A stretch of 63,661 bases of DNA, filler included, from Lenisia limosa (Eukaryota > Protista > Breviatea): assembly GCA_001655205.1 (NCBI GenBank). It is 8 parts of 8 records of this genome, joined end to end, with 100 filler letters (N's around TTAATTAATTAA, not from the genome) between each part and the next. Parts side by side here need not be neighbours in the genome. Positions count along the whole stretch, not along the records: positions 28,967 to 48,057 come from LPNZ01005970.1; positions 48,158 to 51,557 come from LPNZ01007008.1; positions 51,658 to 53,912 come from LPNZ01009080.1; 5 more parts are not named here. One strand, 5' to 3'. The translations under genes and the position numbers were made by a program. Under the pieces are notes generated by a model. That model was given only the letters and a program-made list of their open reading frames with translations, was not told where the DNA came from and made no database searches. This document shows, in pieces, positions 39,101 to 51,763 of this stretch. Position 1 is the stretch's first letter. Every line of letters begins with the position of its first letter.

Positions 39101-39388
39101 CCACAGCAAGTTGCCAAAAAGCACAGAACCAGATATACTGGTAACTGTCCGCAATACCCCTATCAGTTTTTATATTACCCTCTTTTCATTTCTTTTCATT
39201 GATGCCTTTTTGGATGCCTTGATGCCTATACAGATTAACTACTACACTACTACCAAACTCTCATATAAACTCACAGTCTAACAGTCATCTTTTCCAAACC
39301 ACTCAAGTGAACACACCGGTGAAGAACGCAATTGACCTCCTGGATCCTTCATTGTAAATTTCAGATGCCAGGTTGACAACATCAAGGC

Positions 39389-41799
39389 ATGCCAGGTGTA
39401 TACGCGTTGTACCTCTCAAGATCGTTCCCGAATCTCATTCTATTCCTTCTTCCCCTCTTGCCTTCCTTGGCCTCATCTGAGAGCGGGCTTGTCAATGATC
39501 CAAACCAAAAGGATTGGTAAGATGGCTGAGTATTTATTATTTGTTCTTACTGGTTCATTATCATCTAATATCGGTATCGGCATATCGGCGCAATTGTTTC
39601 ACTGCTCCCAAATATGTTCCATCTTTCATTTTTCTTTTTTTCTTTTTTTGATTTCTACTCAATTATACTGGTCTTCTCGCTGATGAAATCATAATGCTAC
39701 TTTACATGTACAATTGTTGTGTTTTTTTTTTTTCATAATTTGTAATACCTTTGGGAAATCAACAATACCACGAATTTCTGATAGTTTAAAACTTCAATCG
39801 GTTAACTCTCCTTTCCACAGTTTCTTTTTACTTGGTCCATCAGAATTAAAATCCTAAATATATAACATACATATATATAATAATATATATCATATGTACA
39901 TGTACATGTACGTTATCTTACCCGCTAACCCCTTTGCCACATACCCCATAGGTTTATATGTATATAGATATAATTATATAGTGTATATTTTACTAATATA
40001 TACATATGATCATATGATATATATTCATATAGTGGATGACCATCTAGTACATAATTAGGGATTCACTTCGGTTCGAAAAAAGACTGAATGTCTTGATAAA
40101 TCCCCGAAAACTATTGATATTTTCTCAAGTTTTTTCGAACCGAAGTGAAGCTCTATATATCGTATTAATATCTGATATGCAATCAATCACTCCCCAAGGC
40201 GGGTTTTACTGATTCTCATTCTAGTAGTCGCGGGAATGAGTGTGGCGAATCCGACCTCCCAGCCTGGGTGATCATTATCTTGATCGCTGTGCCGACCCTT
40301 GCGTTCTTCATCCTGGTATNNNNNNNNNNNNNNNNNNNNNNNNNNNNNNNNNNNNNNNNNNNNNNNNNNNNNNNNNNNNNNNNNNNNNNNNNNNNNNNNN
40401 NNNNNNNNNNNNNNNNNNNNNNNNNNNNNNNNNNNNNNNNNNNNNNNNNNNNNNNNNNNNNNNNATGCTCAATATCCAATATTGGGCTTAACTACGTTTT
40501 AGAAAATGACTGAATTTCTCACTAAATCGTCGATATATTTCGATAGTTTACTGATCTTTTTCGTACCGGAGTGAAGCCCCCTTCCTATATCTATATATAT
40601 CTATATATGATATACTATGTATAAACAAGATTGAACCGAAAGCTAAATGCCACATGTTTTATACTACATCAAATAAGAAGTAGGGCTTCACCGTTGTGAG
40701 AAAAGTCAAAGCAAAATATATCATCACTTTGATCATCGAAACTCTAACATTAAAGAACTCAGAGTTATATCAAAAACATTTATGACCCCTCAGTTGATCT
40801 GTGGATTGATGAAAGAGTCGCCAGAGGAACCCCAGGAGGCCACTTCATCTGAACTGCAAGTGGTTGCTCAAACCGACCCAGCCCCACGTGATCAAAACCA
40901 AACACCTACTGTTGTGCACTCATCTGAACCGTACGGCATCTACTGTTAAATGAATGAATCTTGGTGCTTCTTGGCTCTGGACTTTTATTTTCAGAGATAT
41001 ATTTCTTTTTTAAATGGTAGTATTTACACATGTAGCCTCGCCCAAGATGCAGTAGTTTCACCCCCACGACCCCAAATCCAGACACTTCCGTCGCTTCCTT
41101 CAAGAGATGGTGAGTAGATGTGCTGATATTGTGGTTGAGGGGTCTATGCAAGAAGGGCCATAAGGAGTTGTAAGGGATAATGGAATGAACTTAAAATCCC
41201 CTGTCAACGTGAAGGTATTCAGGTAGTAAGTACATCCTTATCATTCACCTTTCCACATAGGGATGAAGATATGTGTTTAGCAATGAGAAATAAAAAATAA
41301 AGATGTATCTGGCAGAAGCCGTCCACACCATCANNNNNNNNNNNNNNNNNNNNNNNNNNNNNNNNNNNNNNNNNNNNNNNNNNNNTATTCACACAATCAT
41401 CTGCCTAACAACTCTGTGCACACAGCTTTCTGCGTGTCTCCCCAACATACCTACAAGGATTAGATTTATGAATAAGGACAAAAGCCCCTGCATAATAACC
41501 CAGGTAGGCCCTCTTAAATCCGTCTTATGCCACTTCATGGGATGAAGATAGCAATAGTATATATGATATATTATATGTCTGATAGCATATTATGAATATG
41601 GTAATGACAGTTTTCAGGCATGGACACTTGCTACTCTGAATCCAGCCTCGCCCATTCCAATCATTCTGAAGTAGTTACCCCAGTCTCAGACTCATCATCA
41701 GAGAGAAGCCTCCCTCAAGATGACATTTCAATACAATCCTCCCGTGGTTTTGACCCTTGTCCAGGTCCTAAAGTTGACCTTGACCATAGTGGTCTTTGA
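39389..41799 (+). CDS. Single-pass membrane protein with Ser/Pro-rich tail (hypothetical)
   Basis: Signal-like first exon, TM exon WVIIILIAVPTLAFFIL|LICG, low-complexity tail to TGA at 41799. Confidence 0.55.
40058..40153. mobile_element. MITE family A copy, TA-flanked (others at ~4500-4580, 5378-5455, 5686-5745, 24793-24888, 27393-27476, 40495-40580, 49855-49970, 56292-56337, 57117-57210, 58485-58535, 59278-59446, 60470-60566)
   Basis: TA|GGGATTCACTTCGGTTCGAAAAAAGAC...TTTTTCGAACCGAAGTGAAGCTC|TA. Confidence 0.85.
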
Positions 41800-42375
41800 T
41801 GGGTTTGGTGTTTCGTTTTTTCAAGTTTATATGGTGCTTAATATGATATGGTATATCATCGACGACGGATTGGTCAAGCTGTTTCTTTTTGTCTTTCTGC
41901 ATTGAATTAATGAATTATATGGAGTGACAAGTCATTCAGTGAAGGATTTGTTATTGAATTAAGTGCGGACTCTGATGTATAATGCGGATTGCGAACTCTG
42001 ATGAATTATTGATGAACAGTTGATGAATATTTCTCCCCATTATAAACCAGACAACCAGACAAACTTGGGAAACAACACAAACAACTGTCATCATAGGTAC
42101 AGCAATTACGGAGTTTTGCTGGGAGGATTTTCATGTCTCATATATATATGTCTCTATGAAACTAGGCATAAGTCCGTCGCAGGTCCGTTGTCCGTTCGGT
42201 TTTGCTTTTTTTGCAAAGGAGACCTCTATCGTAATTAGGATCATAGAGATCCTGCTGTTAATAGCAACGCGACCGCATTTAGAGGATCGGTGTGAAGTTT
42301 ACGCGCAATTTTTGCGCGCGCGCAAATTTTTTGATCATCATTGGGTTATGATTTGAAGCGTGCATTTATGTACAA

Positions 42376-42447
42376 TCCGTGTTAGTATAGTGGTGAGTAT
42401 CCCCGCCTGTCACGCGGGAGACCGGGGTTCGATTCCCCGACACGGAG
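42376..42447 (+). tRNA. tRNA-Asp(GTC)
   Basis: TCCGTGT TA GTATAGTGGTGAGTATC CCCGC CT-GTC-AC GCGGG AGAC CGGGG TTCGATT CCCCG ACACGGA G, followed by a T-run terminator. Confidence 0.97.
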
Positions 42448-42554
42448 ATTTTTTTTCAAAAATAACTTTACATGTAGGGTTTATATACTTCTTTTTTGAG
42501 TTGCAGCCCCATTGGCGGGCGATTGAAACAAAACGATCCGCTTTTACTTTGATA

Positions 42555-45500
42555 ATGGTAGACGAAAAAGATGACGAAGAGAAGCCATTTGAAGAAGGTC
42601 TTTTAGACCCTCCGTTGGTGGCAAGTATTGTGAAAGGTCGCAAGCGTAACCATATTCCTTTACGCTTTGATAATCACACATCAATTGAGATATCCGTAGA
42701 TTCTACATCTACTGGTGAGGTTAAAGTAGTATACTTTTTGAAATCTTTGTTTTTCTGACCTGTGAAGATACCTCCGACCTTTCTGGAACGGTTCACTTGG
42801 TCATTAATGAAACATCTATCGTTGCCGAGAGGGGCAAGACGGTTCTAGAGGTCTGCTGGAGGTTGTAAGGTGATCCCTATTCTTGAGTATGTGCTACACA
42901 TTCTTGCTACGGACTGCTGGTTGATAGTTGAGAATCTTTTTTTAAAAAAATAATATGGTAATGAATAGGTATGAAATATATCGTGAGAAAACATTGTATT
43001 GTAATGTATTTTGATACTTCTTTTGATGTAACTTCCCGCGGTCCATCGGTGCATGAAAATATATGCCAAGGGTGGCCGACGGCGTTTGGGCACATTTTAA
43101 TGCTTATGTTTTGCTTTACTATAAATTATCACAAAAGCAAGTTTGTTTTTGCTTTCCTAGGTATATATTCCAGACCATTCTATCCGAGTGATTAGGGGAA
43201 TCCGAACCACGCTTCCAGGTTCCGAAGGCTCAACTCTTTAGGTCTGCCAAGATAACAATATTCCCATCCAAACACTCTGCTACCACCCACGACTCTCTCC
43301 AAGTGGTCAATGCGGACTTTGTATTGTTGATATAGAAGGGTATGTCTGGTCCTTTGTGTTGTGAAGATACCTGTTGAGTCTTTCAATCACCTCTATTTCT
43401 CTCGTTTTTTTCAGTTTCAATGATGCTCTCAAGGAATATTTGTTAAAACTAAATATTTTTAGTTTTAAGCAGCCTGTACTCTCATGTGTCACCAAGGTCA
43501 AAAGCGGAATGAAGGTTTGCATCTTGATTTTGCTGTTCTTTCTTTCGGCCACACCGGATTGAGTATTGACCCCCCCCCCCCAGGTTCGAACCGCTTCCTC
43601 TCGGATCAAAAAGATGGTCTCAGAACGACNNNNNNNNNNNNNNNNNNNNNNNNNNNNNNNNNNNNNNNNNNNNNNNNNNNNNNNNNNNNNNNNNNNNNNN
43701 NNNNNNNNNNNNNNNNNNNNNNNNNNNNNNNNNNNNNNNNNNNNNNNNNNNNNNNNNNNNNNNNNNNNNNNNNNNNNNNNNNNNNNNNNNNNNNNNNNNN
43801 NNNNNNNNNNNNNNNNNNNNNNNNNNNNNNNNNNNNNNNNNNNNNNNNNNNNNNNNNTTTTGATGTTCTGTTTTGTACCATATAACTGATAAATACGAAA
43901 TATATCGAGCTAGTATGAACATCATATTGTGTGTCTATTAGAACATCGTGTGGGAAATAACGAATATTTCACTCTCCCCAGGCACTAGCTATCAACCCCC
44001 GAGGGTGTATTGGATGCGAAAGATGTGTCAAGGCGTGTAACCAATTACAGGTGAGGCGTGGTACTATAACTTGGTAAAATTAGTGAGAAACTCAATCGTT
44101 TTCTTGGGAACGAGGGGCTTTTGTTGCATTCCCTCTCAAACCTCAAAGGGGATGCATGTCTTGGGCATCAATGCTGAGAGCGGCACAGTGCAGCCCTGGG
44201 ACTCCTCAGGGGCTCCGCAGAAGTCCCTTGAACGCACCGACTGCATTTCATGTGGTCAATGCAGCCTGTTTTGCCCGACTGGTGGGGGGTAGTGGGGCTC
44301 TTGTTTATAAGAGAGGTGAAGTTAGTCAGTTTTCAAATATATTCCTTTGTTTCACTTTTTCATTCATGGATACCCACTCTTCCAGGTACAATTCGGGAAA
44401 ACGATGACAACCAACCAATCCACAACGCGATGTACAGTGGAAAGGCTATGCTGGTCCAAATTGCCCCTTCTGCAAAAATTACACTTCCGTATGCGCATTC
44501 ACATTTCGAATTGTTTAAGTTTTCAACATTTCAATTCCAGCACTTCAACCATCTACTTAGCTTCATCACCCACCTAGTGGTTTGTTGTTGATATGTATTA
44601 CTTTTTTGAAGAGAATTGAGATCGTCATATCGTATTTTAGACCTGATAGTTATATCCCTTTTATAGTATTTACAAAGCAGGGAGGAGTTCGGCCTTGCTC
44701 CTGGCACTTTGAGCGATAAACACGTTTGTGGGGAGAGTAAATACTCTTAGTGGGATGAGAGGACACAACGGACACATTCTTATTACTTTCCCACTCAACA
44801 TCACATACAACCTGCTATTGCCATGACCGTCTTCTTTTTTTCATCCTTGACCCCCCAGGTGGCAGGGTTACTTCGGGCATTAGGTTTCAACATTGTGCTT
44901 GACACAAGCATTGGCGCCGATTTGGTTGGGGGGGGGGGTTGCTCATGAAGGCTTATGTCTGAAAACACATTAATTTATCTGTTCTCTTCTTATTTTCCTC
45001 TTTTGCTCTGAAACATTATCGATCAATACCCTCAATGGACGTGAGTTGACCAATCATAATTTTGTAGACTGTAATGGAGGAAGGCTACGAACTATCACAA
45101 GCTCTTTCAGACTCGAGTGGGTCCATTTTATCTTGCTCTTTCAATCAAAGAAGTGGAGAATCGGACTACAATTCTCTGGTCCTTTTCACACCTATAGAGC
45201 TGCATTATTTGGGATCGTGTCTGTCTCTGTCTGTCTCATTACTTAGACTACAGAAAGCCCCTGCTCTCTTCCTGCTGCCCTGCCTGGGTGAATTTCGTTG
45301 AAAAGGTGCGTTCAATTCGACATTCACTCTCATATTGGCACTTTCAAAGAAATATGCTGATTTGCTGAATCTCTTGTTCTTTCCCCCATTTTACCTCCCC
45401 AGTTGTATCCTGAATTGATCCCCCATCTATCCTCCGCAAAGTCTCCCATGATGATGCTGGGTGCCGTGTCTAAGGTAATCTCGGGTCAAGTCTGATAACC

Positions 45501-47865
45501 AATGTAGAGTAAACAGACTTTCAATTCACATTAACAGCTAATGGCAAAAGTATCGGTTGATTTACACCTCAGACGTACTTAGCAGATATCCTGGCAATCC
45601 CCCCTGACGAGCTGTTCTCTGTTGCGGTTATGCCCTGTACGGCTAAGAAGGGCGAAATCAAGCGCCAACAGAATATGAGGTACATTGGCATTCATAGGCA
45701 TATTTGAAAAGTAGTTCTAATAAGTACAGATATCATATACTGTTTTACTTTTTTGGGGATATGTGCATTCATTAAGGCACTTATATTGAGTTAGGGTTGG
45801 ATACGGATTATGAAGCAATATTCTTTGTTCAAGCACCTTTTGACACAGCAGACAAGGCGTACAGGATATTGACGCTGTCATAACAGTGCGTGAACTCTCA
45901 AAATGGATCAGAAGACAACACATTGACATACATAACGTCATGGTTGGGGGTGAGACATTGACCTGGAACTAAAATCAACATCAGTGCTTGATACAAGGAA
46001 AGAAACTACTCATTTGACCCTTTAGGAGAGCGAATGGGACGCAGCCGCGGGACCCGCGAGTGCTGCAGGCTCACTTTTTGGCGGCACCGGGGGGGTGACG
46101 GTATGATGGGTTTTTAGTAACCTCTGAAGCAGATATGATTTTTGGGGAGGAAGCTATGGAAAATAATAAAGAGGACACTCATGTTCATACTTACCTAATT
46201 TGGAGCACCCATGTTTCACTTACTCATGTTCACACTTACCATAATAGGAAGCAGTGGCGCGAACATTATCGGAGGTCATGGCCGAAACCCGTCTCGACAC
46301 AGTTCAGTTCCAACCTGCAAGGGGGTGCGAGGGTTATCTGAATGTTATTTTTAGGCTAGTGGCTCAATTGAACCACTCACGCTGCAGGTTGGACACTATC
46401 AAAGAGGCGACAGTGAGTCTAGGTGCCGTCACGGCCCACATTGCAATCGTACACGGCATTCGGAACGTCAGACAGATCGCAGATCAGATTAAAGCCGGTG
46501 AGGTCTGGTTAAGCAAAAAAAAGGTCTTAGTGGTACATGTAAAAAAACAATTCGTTATATCCCTCCCCCCTCCCCAGGAACATGTCCCTACGACTTTGTT
46601 GAAGTGATGGCATGCCCTGGAGGCTGCATTGGAGGCGGCGGGCAACCTAGGTTCGAATCTCTCAACAGGATAGTTTTGTTGTTATTGTTGTTTCACATCT
46701 TGCTCTTTTCATCTCTCACGTAATAGGTCTAACGACAAGGAAATCTTGCAGAAGCGAATAGCCTCAATATACAATCGCGAGCCTACTTACGTAAGGGAAC
46801 AAACTCGTTTATTGTTTTCCTTTTCTTACCCAGCTCCTTGTTTAATATGTTTACATTGCAGAAATCAAGGACGTCGCATACCCTGACGGGTATCCACAAC
46901 CTATACCAGGACTTCCTTCACCATCCTCACTCCAAGGTGGGGAGTTTATGACAATCGGACAATGGAGGAATTTCTGGAGACTGGGCTTGTTTTAAGGGCG
47001 AAGTTGAGCATCAAACATGGGTGAAGAAAACTTCTTGTATTTTCTGCATTAACCACCACAGACCGCGAGAGCCCTTCTTCATACATCCTTTTCCCCACAA
47101 CAACTGGTGGGAATTCTGGAACCGTGTATGTTTACCATGCCTCTTGTTGGGTGTATTGAGTTTTAGATTGGGCTTGTCATTATTCGGTACACTTTTTTTC
47201 TCGCATTTTGTTTTTCTTTTCAAAAACACCCTCCCCAAATATCAGTCAATGGAGTTGATATCTGTTTTCGACACAAAAGACAGACAAATGGGCTCCTTTT
47301 TTCTGACGTCTTCGTTCCTAATACTGACCTCCGCAGACCAAAAACCTTGATGACAGCAACACGTCCAACGAGCAAACCCCCATGTCACTACAGTCGGCTG
47401 CAAGCAGCAATTTCCTTACTCCATCGTAAGTCAGGACTGCTTCTCATGCGTCGTAGTCTTTTCATGGGTTTTTAATGGGCTTATTTGTTAGGTCGCAATC
47501 CAACACCGCGGACTCGAAGGGCCACGTGACTATTGTCTATATCACTCAGACCGGAACTGCCAAAAGTGTAGGTTGAGAACCGGAGGGGTCCATATCTAAA
47601 ACCGGAGGGGTCCATCTTGAGAACCGGAGGGGTCCATCTTGAGAACCGGAGGGGTCCATATCGAGAACCGGAGGGGTCCATCTTGAGAACCGGAGGGGTC
47701 CATATCGAGAACCGGAGGGGTACATCTTGTTGTTTTTGAGCTAAACGCAAAAGAGTCAACTACCATTGTCTCATTGCTGTTCAGTATGCGCAGCAGCTGC
47801 ACTCACAAGCAATGGACCTTGGCATCTCATGCACAATCTGGCCTGTCGCCAAGTTCAAATACAAC
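42555..47865 (+). CDS. hydA: [FeFe]-hydrogenase (2Fe-2S, 2x4Fe-4S, H-cluster, small-subunit domain) fused to a C-terminal flavodoxin domain; about 20 exons, 3' truncated by the contig end
   Basis: TLCYHPRL...CGLC and VLSC (2Fe-2S); [11 protein letters not shown] and [12 protein letters not shown] (2x4Fe-4S); H-cluster motifs [16 protein letters not shown] and [16 protein letters not shown]; SHT...[12 protein letters not shown]|TARALLHT; then [12 protein letters not shown]|YAQQL (flavodoxin phosphate-binding loop). Confidence 0.95.
47575..47728. repeat. Intronic minisatellite, 7 x 22 bp (GAGAACCGGAGGGGTCCATCTT)
   Basis: Head-to-tail units starting 7 nt after the donor at 47568; no spacers. 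Confidence 0.95.
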
Positions 47866-48169
47866 GTAGGCGCAAGGAGCTAGGGGTACATTATCGCTCT
47901 GAAGTGACTTTTGTTCAATGACTTCCTGACTTGTTTTTTCACGTCGGATTTTTTAACATTTCCCTTACTTTTTAACGCCTTACACGTTCGTTTGGGTGAT
48001 CGAGCGGTGGTGGGACTCTTCAAAGGCTGGCTCGGGCTTGTTTTTGTGTTTTTGTCANNNNNNNNNNNNNNNNNNNNNNNNNNNNNNNNNNNNNNNNNNN
48101 NTTAATTAATTAANNNNNNNNNNNNNNNNNNNNNNNNNNNNNNNNNNNNNNNNNNNNTACTCTCTGCAG

Positions 48170-51100
48170 CCCTCAGGCCCGCCAAAGATGCTGAGGAGTA
48201 CTCCCAATTAATCGAGGAAATATTCCCCTACGAGTCGACAGCAACTGAAAACTCCGAAGAGATCCGCGAGTTGTTCGTATTAGTTCAGGACCTTACGTTC
48301 ACAAAGAAGGTTTTTCCAGGAGACAGAATTGATGTTCCTGAGGGCATCTTCGCTTTTTGCCAGGTTTGCCCCCCCCCCCCCNNNNNNNNNNNNNNNNNNN
48401 NNNNNNNNNNNNNNNNNNNNNNNNNNNNNNNNNNNNNNNNNNNNNNNNNNNNNNNNNNNNNNNNNNNNNNNNNNNNNNNNNNNNNNNNTTGTTGTTATCC
48501 CTCTCCCTCACATTTTGTTTCATATGCATATCAAATCATCTAGTTCCTTCCCTCACTATATTTGGATTTTTCCATTTCGATTTTGTTAATTGATTAGGGC
48601 TTTTTTGTTTCATAAATTTTCCAGTTTCACTCACCCTCTCACCATACTTAGAAAACCCACACCAACCCGGCCTTCACAATGGTGGTAGAGCCTCATGTCT
48701 ATGATAACGAAGTTCTTGCCACAGTGAGGGGGGGGGGGGCNNNNNNNNNNNNNNNNNNNNNNNNNNGTTTGTTCACTACTATCATTCATATTTTAAATTT
48801 TGAAGAAATTTTTTGTAAAATATATTTATCATATTTTTAAAATTCTTTTACATTATAGATTATCGGCTACCCTAAGGTTCCAGCTTGCTCAAGGGTGAGG
48901 CATGGGGTGATGATAATGATGATAGTGATGGTGATGATGATGGTGGTGGTGATGGTAATGATGATGATGATGGTAGTGGTGACTGTGGTGGTTGGAAATG
49001 ATGAAAAGTGTTTCCTAGTTCACCGTCCCACCCCTACCTCCAGAATTCCTCCCGTGTTGATGTAGGTTTTTTTTAATCCCTCTTACCCGGCTTGTTTCAT
49101 AAACTTTCACATTCGCTGGAGTGATGGAATGCGGTGCTGNNNNNNNNNNNNNNNNNNNNNNNNNNNNNNNNNNNNNNNNNNNNNNNNNNNNNNNNNNNNN
49201 NNNNNNNNNNNNNNNNNNNNNNNNNNNNNNNNNNNNNNTTTTTTGGTCATAAATTTCCAATTTGATCCCCCCCTCCAGGAGTCCTACTTTGATATCAGCA
49301 CCAGCTACCAAAAGGAGTTTACTGTGCAATGGACTCTCCAAGATTCCCCGTTCGCAACAGCGGTTTCGTCGCCTTCTGCCAAGACGGTTTGCCCATGGAT
49401 TTCTGGGAGTATTTAATTTTTTTAATGCAAAGTTAATTCTTGATATTTTTTTTATTTAATTTTTTCCCCTTTTTACATGGAATGCGGTGCTGCAGAAGCG
49501 ACTGCCTGGGTTTTGTTTGTTTTGTTTTTATCAGCCCTCATGTGTTGTCAGCTAACAGAGTTGATTTGGCTTTTTGTTTCAATAATTTTCCCTTTTCACC
49601 CCCCACCCTCAGCTTGCAGTCGTCATCGACGATGGAGTTAATGAGGGCGGCAGCATTACAGTCCAAGCCCTCGTGAAGTGGTACTATAAGGGTGAACAGG
49701 TGAGAGGCACAATTTTATTTTAATGAAATGTTCTCTGAGGTAGATAAAAATAGCTAAAATATGATTAAAATCATTATATATTAAAGGCTCACTTAAAAAT
49801 GTTAACTATTTTTCACTTAAAAAAATAAAAATCAATTGCGCCCAGCGAATAGGTGGGTTTTTAGATCTTCCCTTTCAGTTCCAATAGATCAGGAAAAATC
49901 GATATTTATCGAGGATTTATCGAGGATTCAGTCTTTTTTGGAACCGAAAAAGACTGAATCCTCGATAAAAATGTGGAGGACTTTTTTTCACTGTGTCACT
50001 TTTTGGTATGTGGTCATTAGAGCTGCTTCACTTCGGTTCTATAAGTCATTGAAAACTATCAATATTTTACCGGTCTTTTCCGAACCGAAGTGAAGCCCTA
50101 ATGGTCATACAAACACAATTTTGGAGGTAACTAGTATTTTAGATAAGATGAGTTGTCACTCAAAATGAGGGGGGTATTTCTTAATAACAAACCCTCTCAA
50201 TTACCTACTAATTTATCAAGGAAACTACCCTGACGTTTACTCAAACCTTCACGTCTCCTGAAGTACCGAGTGTGAACCTTCAACAAATAAGTTTTGAAAA
50301 AAATCTTGTTGGGAGGGGTGTGAGGTTGTGATTATTCAACTTAGAAAATAACTATACTACGGCTTCGGCCAGATACAACCTTGTTTTTTATTTCTCAGCT
50401 CTTTACTGTATATTAATACTTAACGGTACATAGGTGTTCTATGAAACCCTCCATCTTCTTCACCATACCATCATACAGTAAATAACCAGCCGACAGAGTT
50501 GATTTCTGGGCTTTTTTTTTTGTTTCAAAATATACCAATTTTTCTGTCACACAGCAAATAACCTCCCTAGCTCACCTTCAATCATAAATTGGCATCTAAN
50601 NNNNNNNNNNNNNNNNNNNNNNNNNNNNNNNNNNNNNNNNNNNNNNNNNNNNNNNNNNNNNNNNNNNNNNNNNNNNNNNNNNNNNNNNNNNNNNNNNNNN
50701 NNNNNNNNNNNNNNNNNNNNNNNNNNNNNNNNNNNNNNNNNNNNNNNNNNNNNNGGTGGGGTGGCTGTTATATTGAAGAGGATGATGGTGGTGATGATAG
50801 TGCTGTATAATGGTGATGGTGATAGTGATAATGGTGATGGAGGTGATGATAATGATGATGGTGACAGTGATAATAGTGATGGAGGTGATGATAATGATGG
50901 TGGTGATGGTGATGATGTATGGGGTTATGGTGTCATTATTGTGTTGATTTTGGGCTTTTTTATTCCAATTTTACTTCCTCCCCTCAGTCATATGACTATG
51001 CACACATTGGCGTGACTAATGGTGACGTCACGGTGGACAACTCGTTCCGCTACCGGGGCTACACCAGCCACTGGAAGTACCACTGGGTGGTATGGGGGGG

Positions 51101-51540
51101 GGGGGNNNNNNNNNNNNNNNNNNNNNNNNNNNNNNNNNNNNNNNNNNNNNNNNNNNNNNNNNNNNNNNNNNNNNNNNNNNNNNNNNNNNNNNNNNNNNNN
51201 NNNNNNNNNNNNNNNNNNNNNNNNNNNNNNNNNNNNNNNNNNNNNNNNNNNNNNNNNNNNNTGGGTGTAATTCACAACATGACGTGTCACTTCTGGGTGG
51301 TGTACCTGCCTTAACGTCTAGTATCTCAAATTTAACGTCTACGTAGATTGACCCTAATCACACATAATAGATTGGCTTTATCACGCCTATATAACAAAAC
51401 GCCTAATATCGTAGATTGACCTTAAAACGCCTAATATCGTAGGTTGACGCCACGTACGCCTCACAAATGCACACCGGCACGGTTTTCATTAATGTCACCG
51501 GCTCGGACTGGATTTCTGAGGCCGGCTTCCTGCAGTGGGG
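48170..51540 (+). CDS. Partial hypothetical protein, beta-rich and probably extracellular; many short exons
   Basis: Exons such as KTHTNPAFTMVVEPHVYDNEVLAT, ESYFDISTSYQKEFTVQWTLQDS, LAVVIDDGVNEGGSITVQALVKWYYKGEQ and SYDYAHIGVTNGDVTVDNSFRY, with canonical splice sites. Confidence 0.6.
48905..48995. repeat. Degenerate (GAT/GGT)n microsatellite in an intron (also ~50780-50915 and 54060-54095)
   Basis: Low-complexity trinucleotide tracts. Confidence 0.8.
50020..50098. mobile_element. MITE family A copy, internally deleted
   Basis: GCTTCACTTCGGTTC...GAACCGAAGTGAAGCCC|TA. Confidence 0.8.
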
Positions 51541-51763
51541 GGTATATAGATGGAAAANNNNNNNNNNNNNNNNNNNNNNNNNNNNNNNNNNNNNNNNNNN
51601 NTTAATTAATTAANNNNNNNNNNNNNNNNNNNNNNNNNNNNNNNNNNNNNNNNNNNNGGGGGGGGGGGGGTCAAAACAAAAAAATAAACTCAAAAGCACA
51701 CATCAAAATGGGAAAATGAAATAATAATAAAAAAAACACCGAGTCAATGCATCAACCTGCTTA

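Noticed and set aside
47575-47728. Possible CRISPR array
   Set aside because: Head-to-tail units without unique spacers, no cas genes, and a eukaryotic intron context.
48158-48363. Continuation of the hydrogenase fusion across the spacer
   Set aside because: Different contig, and the peptide has no flavodoxin, FAD or NADP-binding motifs.
51451-51465. 15-nt match to the tRNA-Val anticodon arm
   Set aside because: Lies in a coding exon (VDATYASQMH) with no cloverleaf; consistent with chance.
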